In this document: in pieces, positions 39,401 through 52,062 of the stretch
How positions within the stretch are numbered: position 1 is the stretch's first letter
Layout: each line of letters begins with the position of its first letter
Assembly (NCBI GenBank): GCA_051294905.1
Contig: CM119372.1
Span: forward strand, 12,092,001 to 12,156,000
DNA: 64,000 nt
Origin: Botryllus schlosseri
Lineage: Eukaryota
Reading direction: 5' to 3'
Position numbers and translations under genes: made by a program
Notes under the pieces: generated by a model
What the model was told of the DNA's origin: nothing
The model's database searches: none
What the model saw: the letters and a program-made list of their open reading frames with translations, nothing else

Positions 39401-42400
39401 ATTCTTTGTTTATTTATTATAGTTGTGCTCACCGTAAATACTATTTTATTCAAATCAAAATTTTTCGACAGCAATAACTCCGCTTCCACTGGTTGGAATT
39501 GAACCAAATTTGGTGAACATCGTTTCTATAGACAGCCTAAATTTTTTCAAATTTTTTATTATTTATTTTTATATAATAAATAGAAACTTTCTTCTCCTGT
39601 AGCAAAGCGGTTACTGGCTGGAATAGAACCAAATTTTGTGTGTAGGCTTAAGTTAGGCAACCTAACAATTTTATCAAGTAGCCAGTACGATTTGAGAAAA
39701 AAAGTCATTTTTGAAGAGCCCTACTGTACGCGTTTGCAATTCAGAATGCCCACTATTAACCACTAAAGCCATGTGACCCCTTGACCAAATCTAGTGATGC
39801 TACTTACTCCAGCACTTTCTGTTTACTACCTGTACTCAAAGTAGTTGTGACTGGTCTTGAAAATCACTACTGTACTCGCAATCGAGTAGAAGTTTACGAC
39901 TGACTTTTGGCAACTTTGACCACCTCTACTTGAAGGCGGTAGTAATCGAGGATGGCTCGATATCCAGCACACGCTTCCTCTGCCTTGCTCTCCACCACAC
40001 TCGCACTGTAACGAGCATGACACTCTTGTTGTTCAGATCAACAAATCAGTAACGCTGCTTCGGAGGGAGCGGCCGGTGCCGGTTCAAGCTCACCCGTGTC
40101 GTACACTACCCTGTCTTTGGTATCGCAGGATGGGCAGCCCGTTGAGGCTAGGACTGACGGTGATTCCGTGTCGGCCGACGCGGTTAGTTTACTTTTGTTT
40201 CCTGTTACTTTATAACGGGTTTACGACTAGGGCTGTGCAAAATGGACTACGTGAGGGGTTTGATCCAGAATCGCGTGTTGCGGTTCGAGCTGCGTGTCAC
40301 TCATGGTAACATTATAATAGTATGGATGGTCTGGAAATTTAAAAAAGTGTATCTAATATGCGGCCGCATGGGAAATAATGCAGATTTCACACCACATAAA
40401 GTTAATTTAGTATTTTTTCAACAATGTTGCATTGTGCTTGGTGACAATGCCGCAGGTTGTAACGCGTGTGACATACGACTGGGTGAGGTTTCTAGGCTTC
40501 CTCGTTTGGAAAAAAAGCATCAGACGTGTTACACTCGTTGATAGCTCTACTGGGAAAGGGCGTGTAATTATAGTAGGCTGCTCTGAAAATTCTCTCCAAA
40601 AACTCTCTCTTGACTCAAAATCATTATACAATTAGTAGGCCTACTCGAATCGTTGCACCAGGTCACAAGGTTCCGAGTCACAAGTCGATGTTGCTTTTAT
40701 AGTTTTGACTCGAGTCGAGTTAGAATCCAAGTCATTACGGTCACTGTTCGGTTTTCAGGACAATCCGCTTCAACCCACTTTTTTTCAATTCTGGTCGAGT
40801 GATATAGAATGGCTCGCATTCATAATGTGGTATTTTACTCAGTCGACAGTTTTTGGCCCTATTTTTTATCAAGCCTGACAGACGAAATACCAATAATGTG
40901 GTAACATAATTATTTTTTTAAGTTAAACAATGTAATGTCTGTCTTGACCGTCCTAGTCTCGAGTACAAGCTGCATCAATACTGAAATTGATCGAGTCAAT
41001 TTACGCATTTGAAAAAATGACTCAAGTCGAGTCACCAAAAAATCGTTAGTCGAGTCGTTGCAACCCTGTGTTGTATCCAGGCTGATTTGCGGCGTTCTGA
41101 CGCCTCTGCGCTTTTCCCAGGCCACGCCGGTCTTAGCCACGCCGGCGGCTGCTGAAGGGACGACAAACATGCAGATCTCGATACCGGCCGTCGGAACGCC
41201 GAACCCGCGAACGCAAGCGACAGTGCGGGCACAGGAGTTGAACTTGGACAACATTCATTTCACACAGATCAATAACGACAACGGCGAGCCCAGGTTGGTT
41301 TACGCGTTTCTGAAGGTCTGACTTTTGGGGTAGAGTTCCGGGCAGAGGCGGTCAATGTGGAATTACTTCTAGGTTTGCACGCTTGCTCTGCTTCCTCAAG
41401 GGGTTATGATTTTAGGTTGCTACTAGTTGTAATTCACAGTTTTCATTTTTTTAGGCAACATTTTTTTGAAAATCGCTACTGATACTTGTATATAAGTAAA
41501 TATTTATGGAATTATCAGTACTTGAGTACCAACAAAGCACTGGCTACTTCGATCACCCCTGATATCCGGTGCTACTGTCAATTTTCAGCGTCTCTCGTCG
41601 CGGTAATGTCTGATGCTGGTCTTGAAAATTTTAGTGTTTCTTAACTACCAAGGAATGCCACGTTGTTTCTGTAGTGCGTCACGATTCTTTTTTAGATTTG
41701 AATTTTGTCTCTTACTAGTACTTGTATACTCGACAATATTCTGTTTCGTGAGTTGCTAAGAGTCATCATCAGGAGCAGACTTGGACAACCGAAAATTTTT
41801 TAGATTTTTTAACTTTGATTGGAGTTTGAATTATAGCTATAAGTATTTTACAAATCAGACTAGGATTAGAATTATAGCTTCACTGTTTTTCCAAATTACG
41901 TTGTAACCAGAATTACCGAATTCGTGAAAACTTGATATTGAAACAAGCTCAGTTCATATGATGTCTGTGTTCGTTCTCGTTAGAGATTAGCAAATGTCCG
42001 TACAGCGTTTCGCACCGTGCTGTTCTGTATCATTTGCAGGAAACCATAAATAGATTAGAATTGAAATTAGAGTGTGGAAACATTCCACAAATTAGATTGT
42101 CAGCATTCTGCTCTAATTAGTCTAAATAGACCATTAGAATTATCCAGTTTTGCGATCGTTTTAATCTTTACACGCTCCTAGGTTTGCAGCGGCGCAGTCC
42201 GTCGCCACGACGTCCAATTTCGTCCATCCTATCATGATCAACAACATCCAAATAGCTAACGCCGACGGCACGAAAGGCGACACCATGCTCATGCAAGTAC
42301 GACACGGTGCCGGCGTGAATTCTAATCCCCTGTTTGCTACGTTTGTTGTGTTTTGTCGTGTCAGAATCAGGTGGAGCAGCTGCGCATTCAACACCAGCAA

Positions 42401-45400
42401 CTGCAGCGACTGAGGCAGCTCGAGACCGGGGAAAGCGTGGAGATTGCGGTCGGTGTCGATCATACGAAAGTGGCGATGCCGCCGTCTAAACGGAAAAGGA
42501 AGTACGTCGTGTGTACACTTGCGAAATTAATTTTGTGATCTTAGGGAGGAGGATGGGTCGGCACCAGGGCTTTGTAGTCGGTTCACTTTACCACCAACTG
42601 TGACTTCAATATTCCAGCTACGATTTCGGAAACTTTAACCTAGAGCCCGACCCATATCAGTTCGCCGATAATATTGGCAATTTTAGCGACTTTACAGTCT
42701 GATAGCAGGAAATCAGATAATTATAATTTCTGAGTGCTAGACTGGGGATATTGATGCATTTCTTACAGCTTACATACACACTTCCAGATCTATCCTCTAG
42801 TTTATTTCATGTCCAAGTATAGCACTGGCTGTAAAGTTGTTCAAATAAATGCTGTGAGGTATCCACAGATCTCCAACATTAATGCTAATCGACCAAGTAA
42901 ATTAAACATTCATTGCATTTTGACGTATTATTATTATTGCCAAATGAATCGAACTATTGTTTTGAATTGAAAGGAACGTTGTTCGCGAAAAGAAATTTGT
43001 TATGTGAAAGTCTGCCTACGTGAAATATTTAATGACATATGTAAATGCAACCCCACTGTTTTGTAGCATTTGAGAGCATTTGGCTCGATTTTAGCAGTAG
43101 TCTAAATGGGAGCATTTTACCAAATGCAGCTCCAGCCAGTCTTTCTCAAGTCTCGACTCCATCAACAGAAAATTTAACGAAACCCCACCGACCATGCATC
43201 AGTCGACTGTTGGTTTTTCAGAGCCCCGACGAGGGTGGCGAAATCTGAAGACGGCTCTCAGAGCATTCACGAAGTTCACACCCACAATAACGTCAGGAAA
43301 ACAAAGAGCTTGGCAGGTTCGACTTCAGTTCTATATTCTGTAGCTATAGCAGTAAATGTTGTGATGTAATTGTTTCTTACACGGTTAAGATTCGATGAGA
43401 AAGAGGCTGTCTTGTCAAATAGTACTTTGCTTGCAGTAGTGGTGGTCAGTAATGAAGCACTTACACTTTTTGCAGTACTCAAGTAGGTTTGCTTTGCGCT
43501 ACTTACTCGGCTGATTATGATTTGAGAGTATTTAGTTTTTCAGGCACTACAAGGCCGTGAATATTCACTTTTCTAGTTGGACATTCGCTAGCTCTACTGT
43601 ACTCAAGTAAACAGTTACGGTGTTACTTCTACTTACTACCAGCGATGACTACATTGACCTCCTCTTTTTGTCTTTACTTTGTACCCTCTTTATCCTACTA
43701 AATGTCAAGTTTGCTGGAGTTACTATTCTATTGTGCAGCCTATTAGAAATGATATTTATTTTATTTCACTCGGTTATTCGAAAATCGTCCTGCTTCGATC
43801 AGTGCTAAGACCGTTGTCTTTCGTATTGTTCAGACTCTGTGCTAGTGACAATTACCAACGATCACATGGAGCACCTGTACAAGAAATACCCCGAGATTAA
43901 AAAGGTGACTGCGGCTGCCCCCCATTCATAGCCGCTGTTGAATCAAATCTGTGTTTTCTTTTTGCAAAAGGAATCGCCCGTCGGCGGTACTTGCGACGTA
44001 ATGCAGTTGCTTCAACACGGAAAAGCAAGGCAAAGAAAGTCGTCGGAGCAAAATGCTTTAAACGTATGTTAGAGACTGGTTGTATTTAGGTCATCACATA
44101 CTCCATTTGCAATTATAGTTGTTTAGCGTTGGGACCCCGGGATCCTGGGATTTGAAGCAATCCCGATCCCTGGATCAATCCCGATGAAATCCCGGGATTT
44201 GTAAACAGCATCTACCAAGGATTACGTAGCGCCATATCTCTTATTTTGGTAATAATGCAGTGTCACAAACTCGGCTGATTGTCTAAAACAGTGGTCTCAA
44301 ACATGCGACCCGCGAGAACATTTTCTGCAGCCTGCGTCACAGCGTCAGCATTTTGAAATTTCAAGTTTCGCCAATATTTAACTGGAAATTTCTTATTTCG
44401 GATTTGACAACGTAAAACCACTCCAAACACCCGAATCGCTCTCACGTGTCATATGTCCGATGGCTGCGATCTTTTGGCGCAAGAGTTTTTACGTTGATAT
44501 GATGCAATTGTCGTCTAGTATATGGTGTCTAACGGTGTTGGGATCAAGTCAATACCTTCGAGTCACGCGTCATTTCACATTTCGACTCGAGTCAAGTCAA
44601 TCGATTTTCAAAGGTGACTTAGGTCAAGTCAACTCGATTTTTGGAGGTGACTCGAGTCAAGTCGAGTCAAGTTAAGCCAAGTCAAGTCACGAGTCAAGTC
44701 ACAATTCAAGTCAAGTTGCCTTTTCGAAGTGTGAAGCATGATAACGTCATTGCATTTTGCTAGCTGTCTGAAATACTGATGGAGTGGTCATTGATATTGA
44801 ACCGATGAACGAATATAGAGTTATTATACACGCAAGAAGGCGCTGTATCGCTAACTATAAACCTCTTTCGATGATAATTCTTGGGTTATACACCGATCAA
44901 GGATAATCCCAAAATTATCGAATAAAAACTGATATAACTCCGCATCTACGGCTTGTAATTGAGTCAAATTTGTTTTGCATAGTTTTTGAAGACAGCGCAA
45001 CAATTGCATGGGGTTGGCAGAAAAATTTGAAAAAAAAAATTTTTGCGTTTTTGGGCAAATTCAAAATTTTCAAACTCTACGAAACCCACGAATATTGGTT
45101 GGAATGAATTCAAATTTGGTGTGCGTCGTTTTTTAAGGCAACTTAACGATTTTATAACGTACCCAGCAAGTTTCAGGAAAAAAGGTTATTTTTGAACAGC
45201 CCTATTGTGTAGCTTGTATGTGTATTTTAATACTTATCCAATCCCGGGAAATCCCGGGATTGAGAAGCGAGAATCCCGGGAAAATCCCGATCCCGGGATT
45301 TCAAATTTGATCCCGAAGTCCCAACCCTAGTTGTGTTATCAACGAAATATGAAATTGTAGATCGGCCTTGTCATCTGGCCAAGCCTGTATAGCCGAAAAA

Positions 45401-47440
45401 AACAATTTCTGTGTCCAAATTTTTGAAATGTGGCCGTGTTTTCGGATGGTTGGCTGCAAAAACTTTATAGCTAATTTATCTGGCAGTATATTTCCCAGAT
45501 GCAACACCGAATGGCACCAAATTACTTGGTGACTAGAAATTCAAACACGGTAATTATTCAATTGAATAGTATATTCATATTGAAACAAACCCGAATATTT
45601 TCGGCTGACACTCGTCAGCGGTAATCGTCAGCATCTAGTAGAGAATAGGAAAGAACATTGTATATCAACAATCGCATCACAAAATATGACGTCACCAGCA
45701 TGGGAGAGAGAACGTTCAATGCACTATTTTTCGGTGGTACACGAACTCCTTTCGTTGACAGAGTTTGGATTGGTGCATTTTGATAAAAGTCGACTCCAAG
45801 GCACACAAGTGGAAGTGTGAACGGCCCCTCCCAACGACACGAAATCTGTCACCTGTAATTATTGTAATGTGCACATATGCTCATTCAGCTTTCTGTGATA
45901 CTCATACTTAAATTCTACTACCAGAAAATACCTGTATATATGAATATGAAATCACTGTTCGGTGCTCACGTCTGGCTGTAGAAACTGGCGCGTTTGACCG
46001 CGAAGGCTTGATGTTGCCTATTAATCCTTGATCATGACCGCTGTTACTATAGTTAATCATGTATCGTCATTTATTTTTCGTTTCAGAACACAATTCGTAC
46101 TATATTAGACACGACAGGCATCGTCGAATCTGGAGACGTCCGGGTCCAGGACGCAGTCTGCTTGGTAAGCGGTCTCTCTTTCACGGCGCCCTCTCTCTTA
46201 TTGTAATTACCTCTGAACGCTTTTCGCAGATCATGGACCGTTTCACAGTGCTCCAGGAGCACATGAACGACGCCTACGTCCGCAAGCAGTTGACTATCAA
46301 AGTCAAGCACTCGATACACTGCAAGAAGTGGCGGCTGAAAAGGCATAAGATGAGTGAGTTCGTTCGTTCATTTAGAATTTTTATCAATTCAAAACACCAA
46401 AATAACGACAGAATGCACCTTTATGGTACCACATAGAATATTATGCCAGTTCTACATCACGTTAATGATAAGTTGGTATTTTTTTACCATTTCATTGGAG
46501 TTTGTGACAATGCTGTGGGTTGATCACGGCCTCACAGATATGTCATTTGCTACATGCTACATGTTTCGTCTGTTGCGATTTGATCAATCAAGGTTTCAAA
46601 GGCTGCTACAGTGGAAAATTCACTCTTTGTGGCATGGAACGTATAATTTTAGCAGTCGAAAAAATCATCTCTCGCCAGGGTTGCATCCAGGTCACTAGGT
46701 TTCAAGTCACGAGTCAATTCTACTTTTATGGTTTCACTAGAGTCAAGTCAACTCCAATTCCCCGCCGAGTCAAGTCAGGGTTCAAAGGTTCGAGTCTGAG
46801 TCACAGTGCTGAGGCTAGAGTCCAATTCATTGTGTTGACTGTTCATTTTCGATATCAAACCTGTTCAGCTCACTTTTTACAACTATGTTTGCGTGATATC
46901 GAATGCCTCACGTTGATAATATAGTCGTTTTCCTCGCTGTACGCGGTTTCTGGCCCTATCTAACAAATATCAGGAATAATTGACGAAATACTAATAATGT
47001 TGTACCTCGTTGCATTGAATATATTGTCCGAGTCTCGAGTCATATGACTTGGTCGAGTCGTGTGAAATGACTGGAGTAAAAGTCGAGTCAATACACGAAT
47101 TGCCTCAAGTCTATAGTCGACTCATTTTCCATATTTAAGAAAATTACTCGAGTCGAGCACTCGGAGCATCTAAGGCGGTAGTTAACAGACCTAAATATGG
47201 CGACAACACGTCATTTAGCGGGTCGTTGTTTCGTTTTTTTCAGAGCAAATGGAGATGAATTCGGGATCGTCGCCGGACGCGCATTCGTGGAACACCAGCA
47301 AGTCGTCCGTGTCGAGTTTCAACATGGACGCGGACATGTCCGCCGCGTCTTCGCCGGACGTGCGAACGACGTGGGTAGCCGATTCGAGCATGAACAATTC
47401 TAGTAATTCCATCATCGTGGACGACGGAATGCACAGTTGA
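27480..47440 (+). CDS. BTB/POZ-domain nuclear protein, ~710 aa, 18 exons: 27480-27515, 27580-27711, 28093-28167, 30714-30914, 34587-34697, 34805-34877, 37142-37233, 37293-37420, 38753-38901, 40037-40182, 41121-41293, 42182-42296, 42365-42501, 43222-43316, 43834-43904, 46087-46164, 46230-46353, 47244-47440
   Basis: N-terminal BTB: HAARL-VTHLSQQRSSGKYCDVCVCVAEQRFLAHKCVLSANS...GVSPVGFE-IVLEYFYTG...AVYLGLPDIINRC. All introns are GT-AG, phases chain, and total CDS is 2133 nt with no internal stop. NLS-like PPSKRKRK. Middle low-complexity exons are less certain than the BTB exons. Confidence 0.82.
28182..30236. mobile_element. Foldback DNA transposon (non-coding), arms built from tandem repeats
   Basis: TIR AGGGTTGGTTCGATTATGTTCACAATAAGAAC; 20-22-bp GTTCACAATAAGAAC units (~4 left, ~15 right); inner CAGACATGATGTCCGAACAC arrays inverted between arms; exact 8-bp TSD GCTATTTC (28174-28181, 30237-30244). 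Confidence 0.9.
31221..31944. mobile_element. hAT MITE ('GGCCCGC' family)
   Basis: CAGGGCCGGCCAACC...GGTTGGCCAGCCCTG; perfect TSD ATGTAGAG; second copy at 63587-64000. Confidence 0.9.
32140..32757. mobile_element. Palindromic (hairpin) MITE
   Basis: TAGGGCTGTTCAAAAA...TTTTTGAACAGCCCTA; the two ~300-bp halves are near-perfect reverse complements; perfect TSD ATGTACAT; half copy at ~44870-45204. Confidence 0.9.
33031..33992. mobile_element. PIF/Harbinger (Tourist-like) MITE
   Basis: TIR core CTGCTGCACACTGGCT / AGCCAGTGTGCAGCAG flanked by TAA on both sides. Confidence 0.65.
35046..36576. mobile_element. Composite hAT MITE (CAGTGGTTCCCAACC) containing a nested GACTCGAGTC MITE at 35453-35981
   Basis: Perfect TSD ACTTAATG; inverted near-copy at 57870-59581. 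Confidence 0.9.
37658..38388. mobile_element. hAT MITE ('GAGCC' family)
   Basis: Ends ...GGTTCCCGACCACTG; perfect TSD TTTTACAT. Confidence 0.75.
39083..39723. mobile_element. Palindromic (hairpin) MITE related to 32140-32757
   Basis: TAGGGCTCTTCAAAAATGAC...GTCATTTTTGAAGAGCCCTA; TSD CTGCACGC/CTGTACGC. Confidence 0.88.
44124..45329. mobile_element. 'ATCCCGGGAT' hAT-like MITE with several nested MITE fragments
   Basis: TAGCGTTGGGAC...GTCCCAACCCTA ends with ATCCCGGGA motifs; contains pieces of the GACTCGAGTC and palindromic families. Confidence 0.65.
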
Positions 47441-50139
47441 GACGGACACGGGGAAAACGAAGGTTCCCACGGAAACGGAGTAAGAATCTGGAGAATGGAC
47501 TCTCTGCGCACGACCGAGCGATCCGCTTTCACGACTGGATGAAAGCGAGAGTTATGAAATGTTGTCGGCCGATAGACAACGATCGGTCCTGCGTCGATCC
47601 TTTTTCGACGTTTTAGTAGCCGATCACTATTTATGTATAACATCATCCTTGTCCATTGTCATCGTTAGGGCTGGGCGCGATCGAGTGTTCGAGCATTTCG
47701 TTTCTGTATCGAGTATTAGCAGTCGGGTATTTGATTGTGACTCGTTGTGACGTCACGAGAGTGTAGATGTCGCAGAAAGTTTGAATATGCCACCATAAAG
47801 AAAATAACCCCAGTCTCCTTCGACCGCATTTCCAGAGGTGATCAGTAAAAAAGTACAACTTTTTCCAAGTACTGGGGGTGGATTTTGCCTACTCGCGTTA
47901 CTCGCACAACTAGGCATAAAATACTTACTTTATTACTTAGAAATCGATACTTTTTAGTCGGGTAGAAGTTGATGTTGTTACTTCTTGTTCTACTCGAGCA
48001 CCTGCAAAGGCTGCTTCGTCCGTCTCTGCGTATTTTATTGCACATTGCTGTTGGTTGATTGTGACTTCAGAAAAATGTGTGTGACATTGTTGTACGTGTT
48101 TTTAACGATGTGACATGATTGGTCTAGCTGTCAAATGTTGAACAGTGGGGAAAAAAGCTGTTAAAACTCCATGGGGGCGTGTATTTACAGTAATCGAAAG
48201 GGTCGTCTCTCGTTACTCGACTCGAATCATGAAAATTAATGCTCGATTAGGATTCAGAGTGCGCGAATCATGCCCAGCCCGAGTCATCATCGTTAGATTG
48301 GTACATCGTTTTACGCCACGCGTCCTGTTTGCTTTTCCTACTTTTTCATTGAGGTTGTTCTTGAGTCTTTGTTCTTGCGTTTGAGTTGCATCAACTTTAG
48401 ACAGGAAATTACACTGCGAATCAGCGTCGCCGATCCGATTTGTTGGTTCTCACTATCAGAGGTGGTCAATAACAAAGTACTACTAGTAGGCTTTGCCTAA
48501 TGGCACTGCTTGTGTGGATAAGTTTTCAAAATACTTACACTACTTGACACTCTGCTTACTTTTTACACTTCTACTGTTGCAGAGTAGAACGTGGTTTTGG
48601 GATTGGTTTGTAACACTTTGGTGAGTGAAATTATCATGTTCACTGGATGAAATACGTCCATATCATGGCAGTAGAATGTATTTTCTAAAACTGCTCTATT
48701 CATGGAGTCGTTAGTCGCCAAGATGCATCTTGCGATTTTGGAAGCAACCCTTTACGATTTGCTATTATGAGACACTTTTCATACCCTCCATTTTCTCCAT
48801 TGAATAGAACTGTCTTAAAAATCGCTGGTTCTACTTATATTGAAGTAGAAATACTGACCACTTTGACCACCTCTGCCCATAATTCGACATGATCCGTAGA
48901 GCCTTGCTACAGATTTGATCTCCCCGCTCGAGTGGCGCAGCGCACATTTCATCTAAGTACTGTTTTGTGAATGATGTCCTCGTTTTATCCATATATCTTC
49001 ACCTACTGCCTATCTTATGGAATGTTAATGTTACCTGTTGCGTAATCATCACCCGAACAATTAATCGATGTAGTATCAAGCGAAGGAGTATCGATTTATT
49101 CACTTTCACGCGGCTTCAGCGCGTCTGCCGCCAGCACATCATGTCTTCTGCAGGCAGTCGTCCTGGTGTTGTCGACTCTAAACTGTTCAATGCAATGGAC
49201 TATTTTACATATTGATCCACTTGACCGGCTCAATAGCTAATGAGATGGTTTTCAAAATCACTTTGTGGATCAATCGAAGTTTTGAACGCATTTCAGACTT
49301 CTTGCGAGATCTATTGTTTGGTGCTTTAGGGAATTGCCAGCGTTAGTCGCTGTTGGGACCTTCGAAGGTCCCCATGTTTTCAAACTGATCTGATTCCATC
49401 GTTGTAAAATATTTTCTTAGCTTCTGTAAGATGTAAATAAATGCGTTTTATAGATGTTGGAGAATTAGCAGGTTAAGGATTGCGTGACTCAGGTATTGCC
49501 GCTACATGCTCTTTTACATCATGCTTATTCCTTCGTTTGTTTGTCAGGTTTGATCACTGAGACAATAGGTTGTTGTGCTGCAGATTTGAAGTACGGGATC
49601 GTGCGAGTTTAGACGCGGCCACCATAGTGTAGGTGTAATTATTTGCCGTGTGTATACGATTTGCGTCGTTACTGGGAGTGTGATGAAACGTCATCCCTAA
49701 TGCATTTACCAAGTACTTACAATCTTCGTGGCCACAATGAGTTAGCAGGGCATAGTTTTTTGTTCGCTTGACAATTTTCATCTATTCATGTCACAAGACT
49801 GCGGGGACATAGCAATACGCCACGAGACTGCGATACAATCGAAAGTTGGAAGGTCTCGAAACGACTTGGAGTAGTCTTTAATCAATGACAAAATCAACAA
49901 AGAGAACGCCTTGAAAAAAGAAACATATTTATAAGATTGAATATTGGTTCTTCGGACATTAGGTCGAGCCGGGTACCAGTTTGAGGGATCCTACTTAGCT
50001 GTTCCGGCATCCTCCTGTCTGTTTCTTACATCGCATTGTGTCGTTTCTCAAGCAGGTGAAGGTGATGGTACCGTCGTTTCTGCGCTCGGTACATGTGTCG
50101 TTAGAACAGGGGCTCAGTTCAGTTCGGTCTATTGACAAT

Positions 50140-50441
50140 TTTTATCAGTTCAATACACCACAAAAATTGCGATACAATTACAAGAAAGGAAGGTGTCGAA
50201 ACGACTTGAAGTAGTCTGTGGAATCAGCCACCCACCTTGGCCTAGGCGATGTAGGCTAAAGAGGAGGCATACACTGCACACTGAATGAGAAGTATAAGAA
50301 GATAGCAAAAAAGCAAGCGACAAGTAATGACGTGGCATGTCCCTGAAGACGAGATCGATAGGTCAGGTCGTGGTCCGGTAATCTTGAGGGCGTACTAGTA
50401 GCCTATTCATTTAGTAGAAATTGCTTGTATTTCGACTTGAA
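50140..50441 (-). mobile_element. 5'-truncated LINE (CR1/L2-group) 3' end
   Basis: Minus strand reads FKSKYKQFLLNE* (resembles the FKxxLKxxL ORF2 terminus), followed by the 3' UTR shared by several copies in the window. Confidence 0.7.
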
Positions 50442-50821
50442 TGTGGACAATGGACATGCCCAAACCACAACTATGGGCGGCATGTGGTCTGCTCCGCCGC
50501 CTTAGTTACACTATGTCAGTTAGGGTTTTGTTAATAGGCTACTTTTCAACACTCTATTCCTATCAAAGTTACAATACGGAATTCTTTACTGGGGTGCTGC
50601 TTGCAAGAATACGATTGACCCTCTGGAAAAACAACAACATCGGATCATCCTCATCATTGGCAAAGTTCACGGGGGCCTGGTTGTGCAACTGATAAATCGC
50701 TACTCAAAAGATTTGGTGTTCTAAACATAGAAGATATGAGGAAACTGGAAACTGCAAAGTTTATGTATCAGTTCCATTGCGGTCACTGTTCCTCAAATTT
50801 CAACGACTACTTCACCTCGGA

Positions 50822-51065
50822 CCGAGCGAGATAGTGTAATGGTTATGCGTCCGGCTTCTCGAGCGGTAGGTCGTGGGTTCGATCCCCGGCCGGGTCATAC
50901 CAAAGACTCGAAAAATGGTATCCGCAGCTATCCTGCTAGGCGCTCAGCAATCACGGATAGCATGGAGGAGAAAAAAAACGGGGGCGCAGACTAGATGACC
51001 TCATGGGGCCGTATCGCAACTCCGTCGCCAAAGCATCTCGATGGTGCAGGCGAGAAAGAATATCA

Positions 51066-51097
<32 letters not shown>
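50822..51097 (+). mobile_element. tRNA-derived SINE with a Meta/MESC-like central domain and (CT)n tail
   Basis: A box TAGTGTAATGG, B box GGTTCGATCC, then GGGTCATACCAAAGACTCGAAAAATGGTATCCGCAGCTATCCTGCTAGGCGCTCAGCA, which I recall as resembling the MetaSINE domain. Confidence 0.7.
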
Positions 51098-51100
<3 letters not shown>

Positions 51101-51612
51101 GTCAATGGTGCACAAGTACGACACACGCGCGCCAACGAAGAACAACTACCATATGATCAGGGCGGAATACAAGAAAACGCATTGCTCTAAGTATGCCGGA
51201 CCCCAATTGCGGAACAGCCAGGGCCGTAACAGCCGTACCCCGAACCCCCAATTGGGGCGGGGCTATAGTTCGAAAGGGACCCAAAATTATTTCGTGAATT
51301 AGCATGAATTTTTAAGAATTCGAAAATTTATGCAACTTCGAAAATTTATGCCCGATTTCTACTCGCCAGTTGTCTTGATTATGGGGTACTCTTCCCCCAA
51401 GAAAAATACGCAAGATTTATAGAAATGGCCATATCAGCGTTTTGGCCATTACCGCGGCACGACGCACCAAGACATATAAAGTTTTAGGCCATGTAACATG
51501 CGACTCCAAGAAGTGTACCAGAACGATCGGCAGCGAGAAAACCTTGGCCGGAAAGGACTGCCCTTATGCTGACCGAAAACTTCGTTATACGAAATACATA
51601 TAGGTTTATTTG

Positions 51613-52062
51613 TAGGCTTACCATATTTTGGAAATGTAAAAAGAGGACACTTTTTCAGAAATTTCAGACATGCAAAACTGGAGAAGAATTCTGAAAAACC
51701 GGTAAATTTTTCCCACTTCGTGATCGGTTGACTAAAAAAAAAAAAAAAAAAGGTCATCACTTTTGCTCACAGCTCAAAATAACGTTTTTCTGTCCACATT
51801 GCCAGGTGGATGACTAAAAAAAAAGGTCTTCTTTTCGTTTAGAGCTAAAATCACCGCTTTTCCCTCCGAAATACCCGCCGGAGCGTCACTTCTCGGCTAA
51901 TTTGCGGCATATCGCTCGCAATTTGATCTAAATCTGACCTAAATTTTCAAAAAAGAGGACAAAATCTCAAAAAAGAGGACAAAAGGGCGTCCTCCGAGGA
52001 CACTTTCAAAAAAGTCAAAAAAGAGGACAAATCCTCTTAAAAGAGGACGTATGGTAAGCCTA
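51613..52062. mobile_element. hAT MITE ('GAGGAC' family), copy 2
   Basis: TIR TAGGCTTACCATA; perfect TSD TTTATTTG. Confidence 0.9.

Noticed and set aside
43834..43900. Alternative terminal frame LCASDNYQRSHGAPVQEIPRD* for the BTB gene
   Set aside because: Exon 43222-43316 supplies the phase needed for the other frame, which continues through three more well-formed exons.
45590..45635. Minus-strand CTGACGA...GAAA suggesting a hammerhead ribozyme (also 22605-22645)
   Set aside because: I could not form a proper stem II closure or a stem III/UH cleavage site by hand; an Infernal search would be needed.
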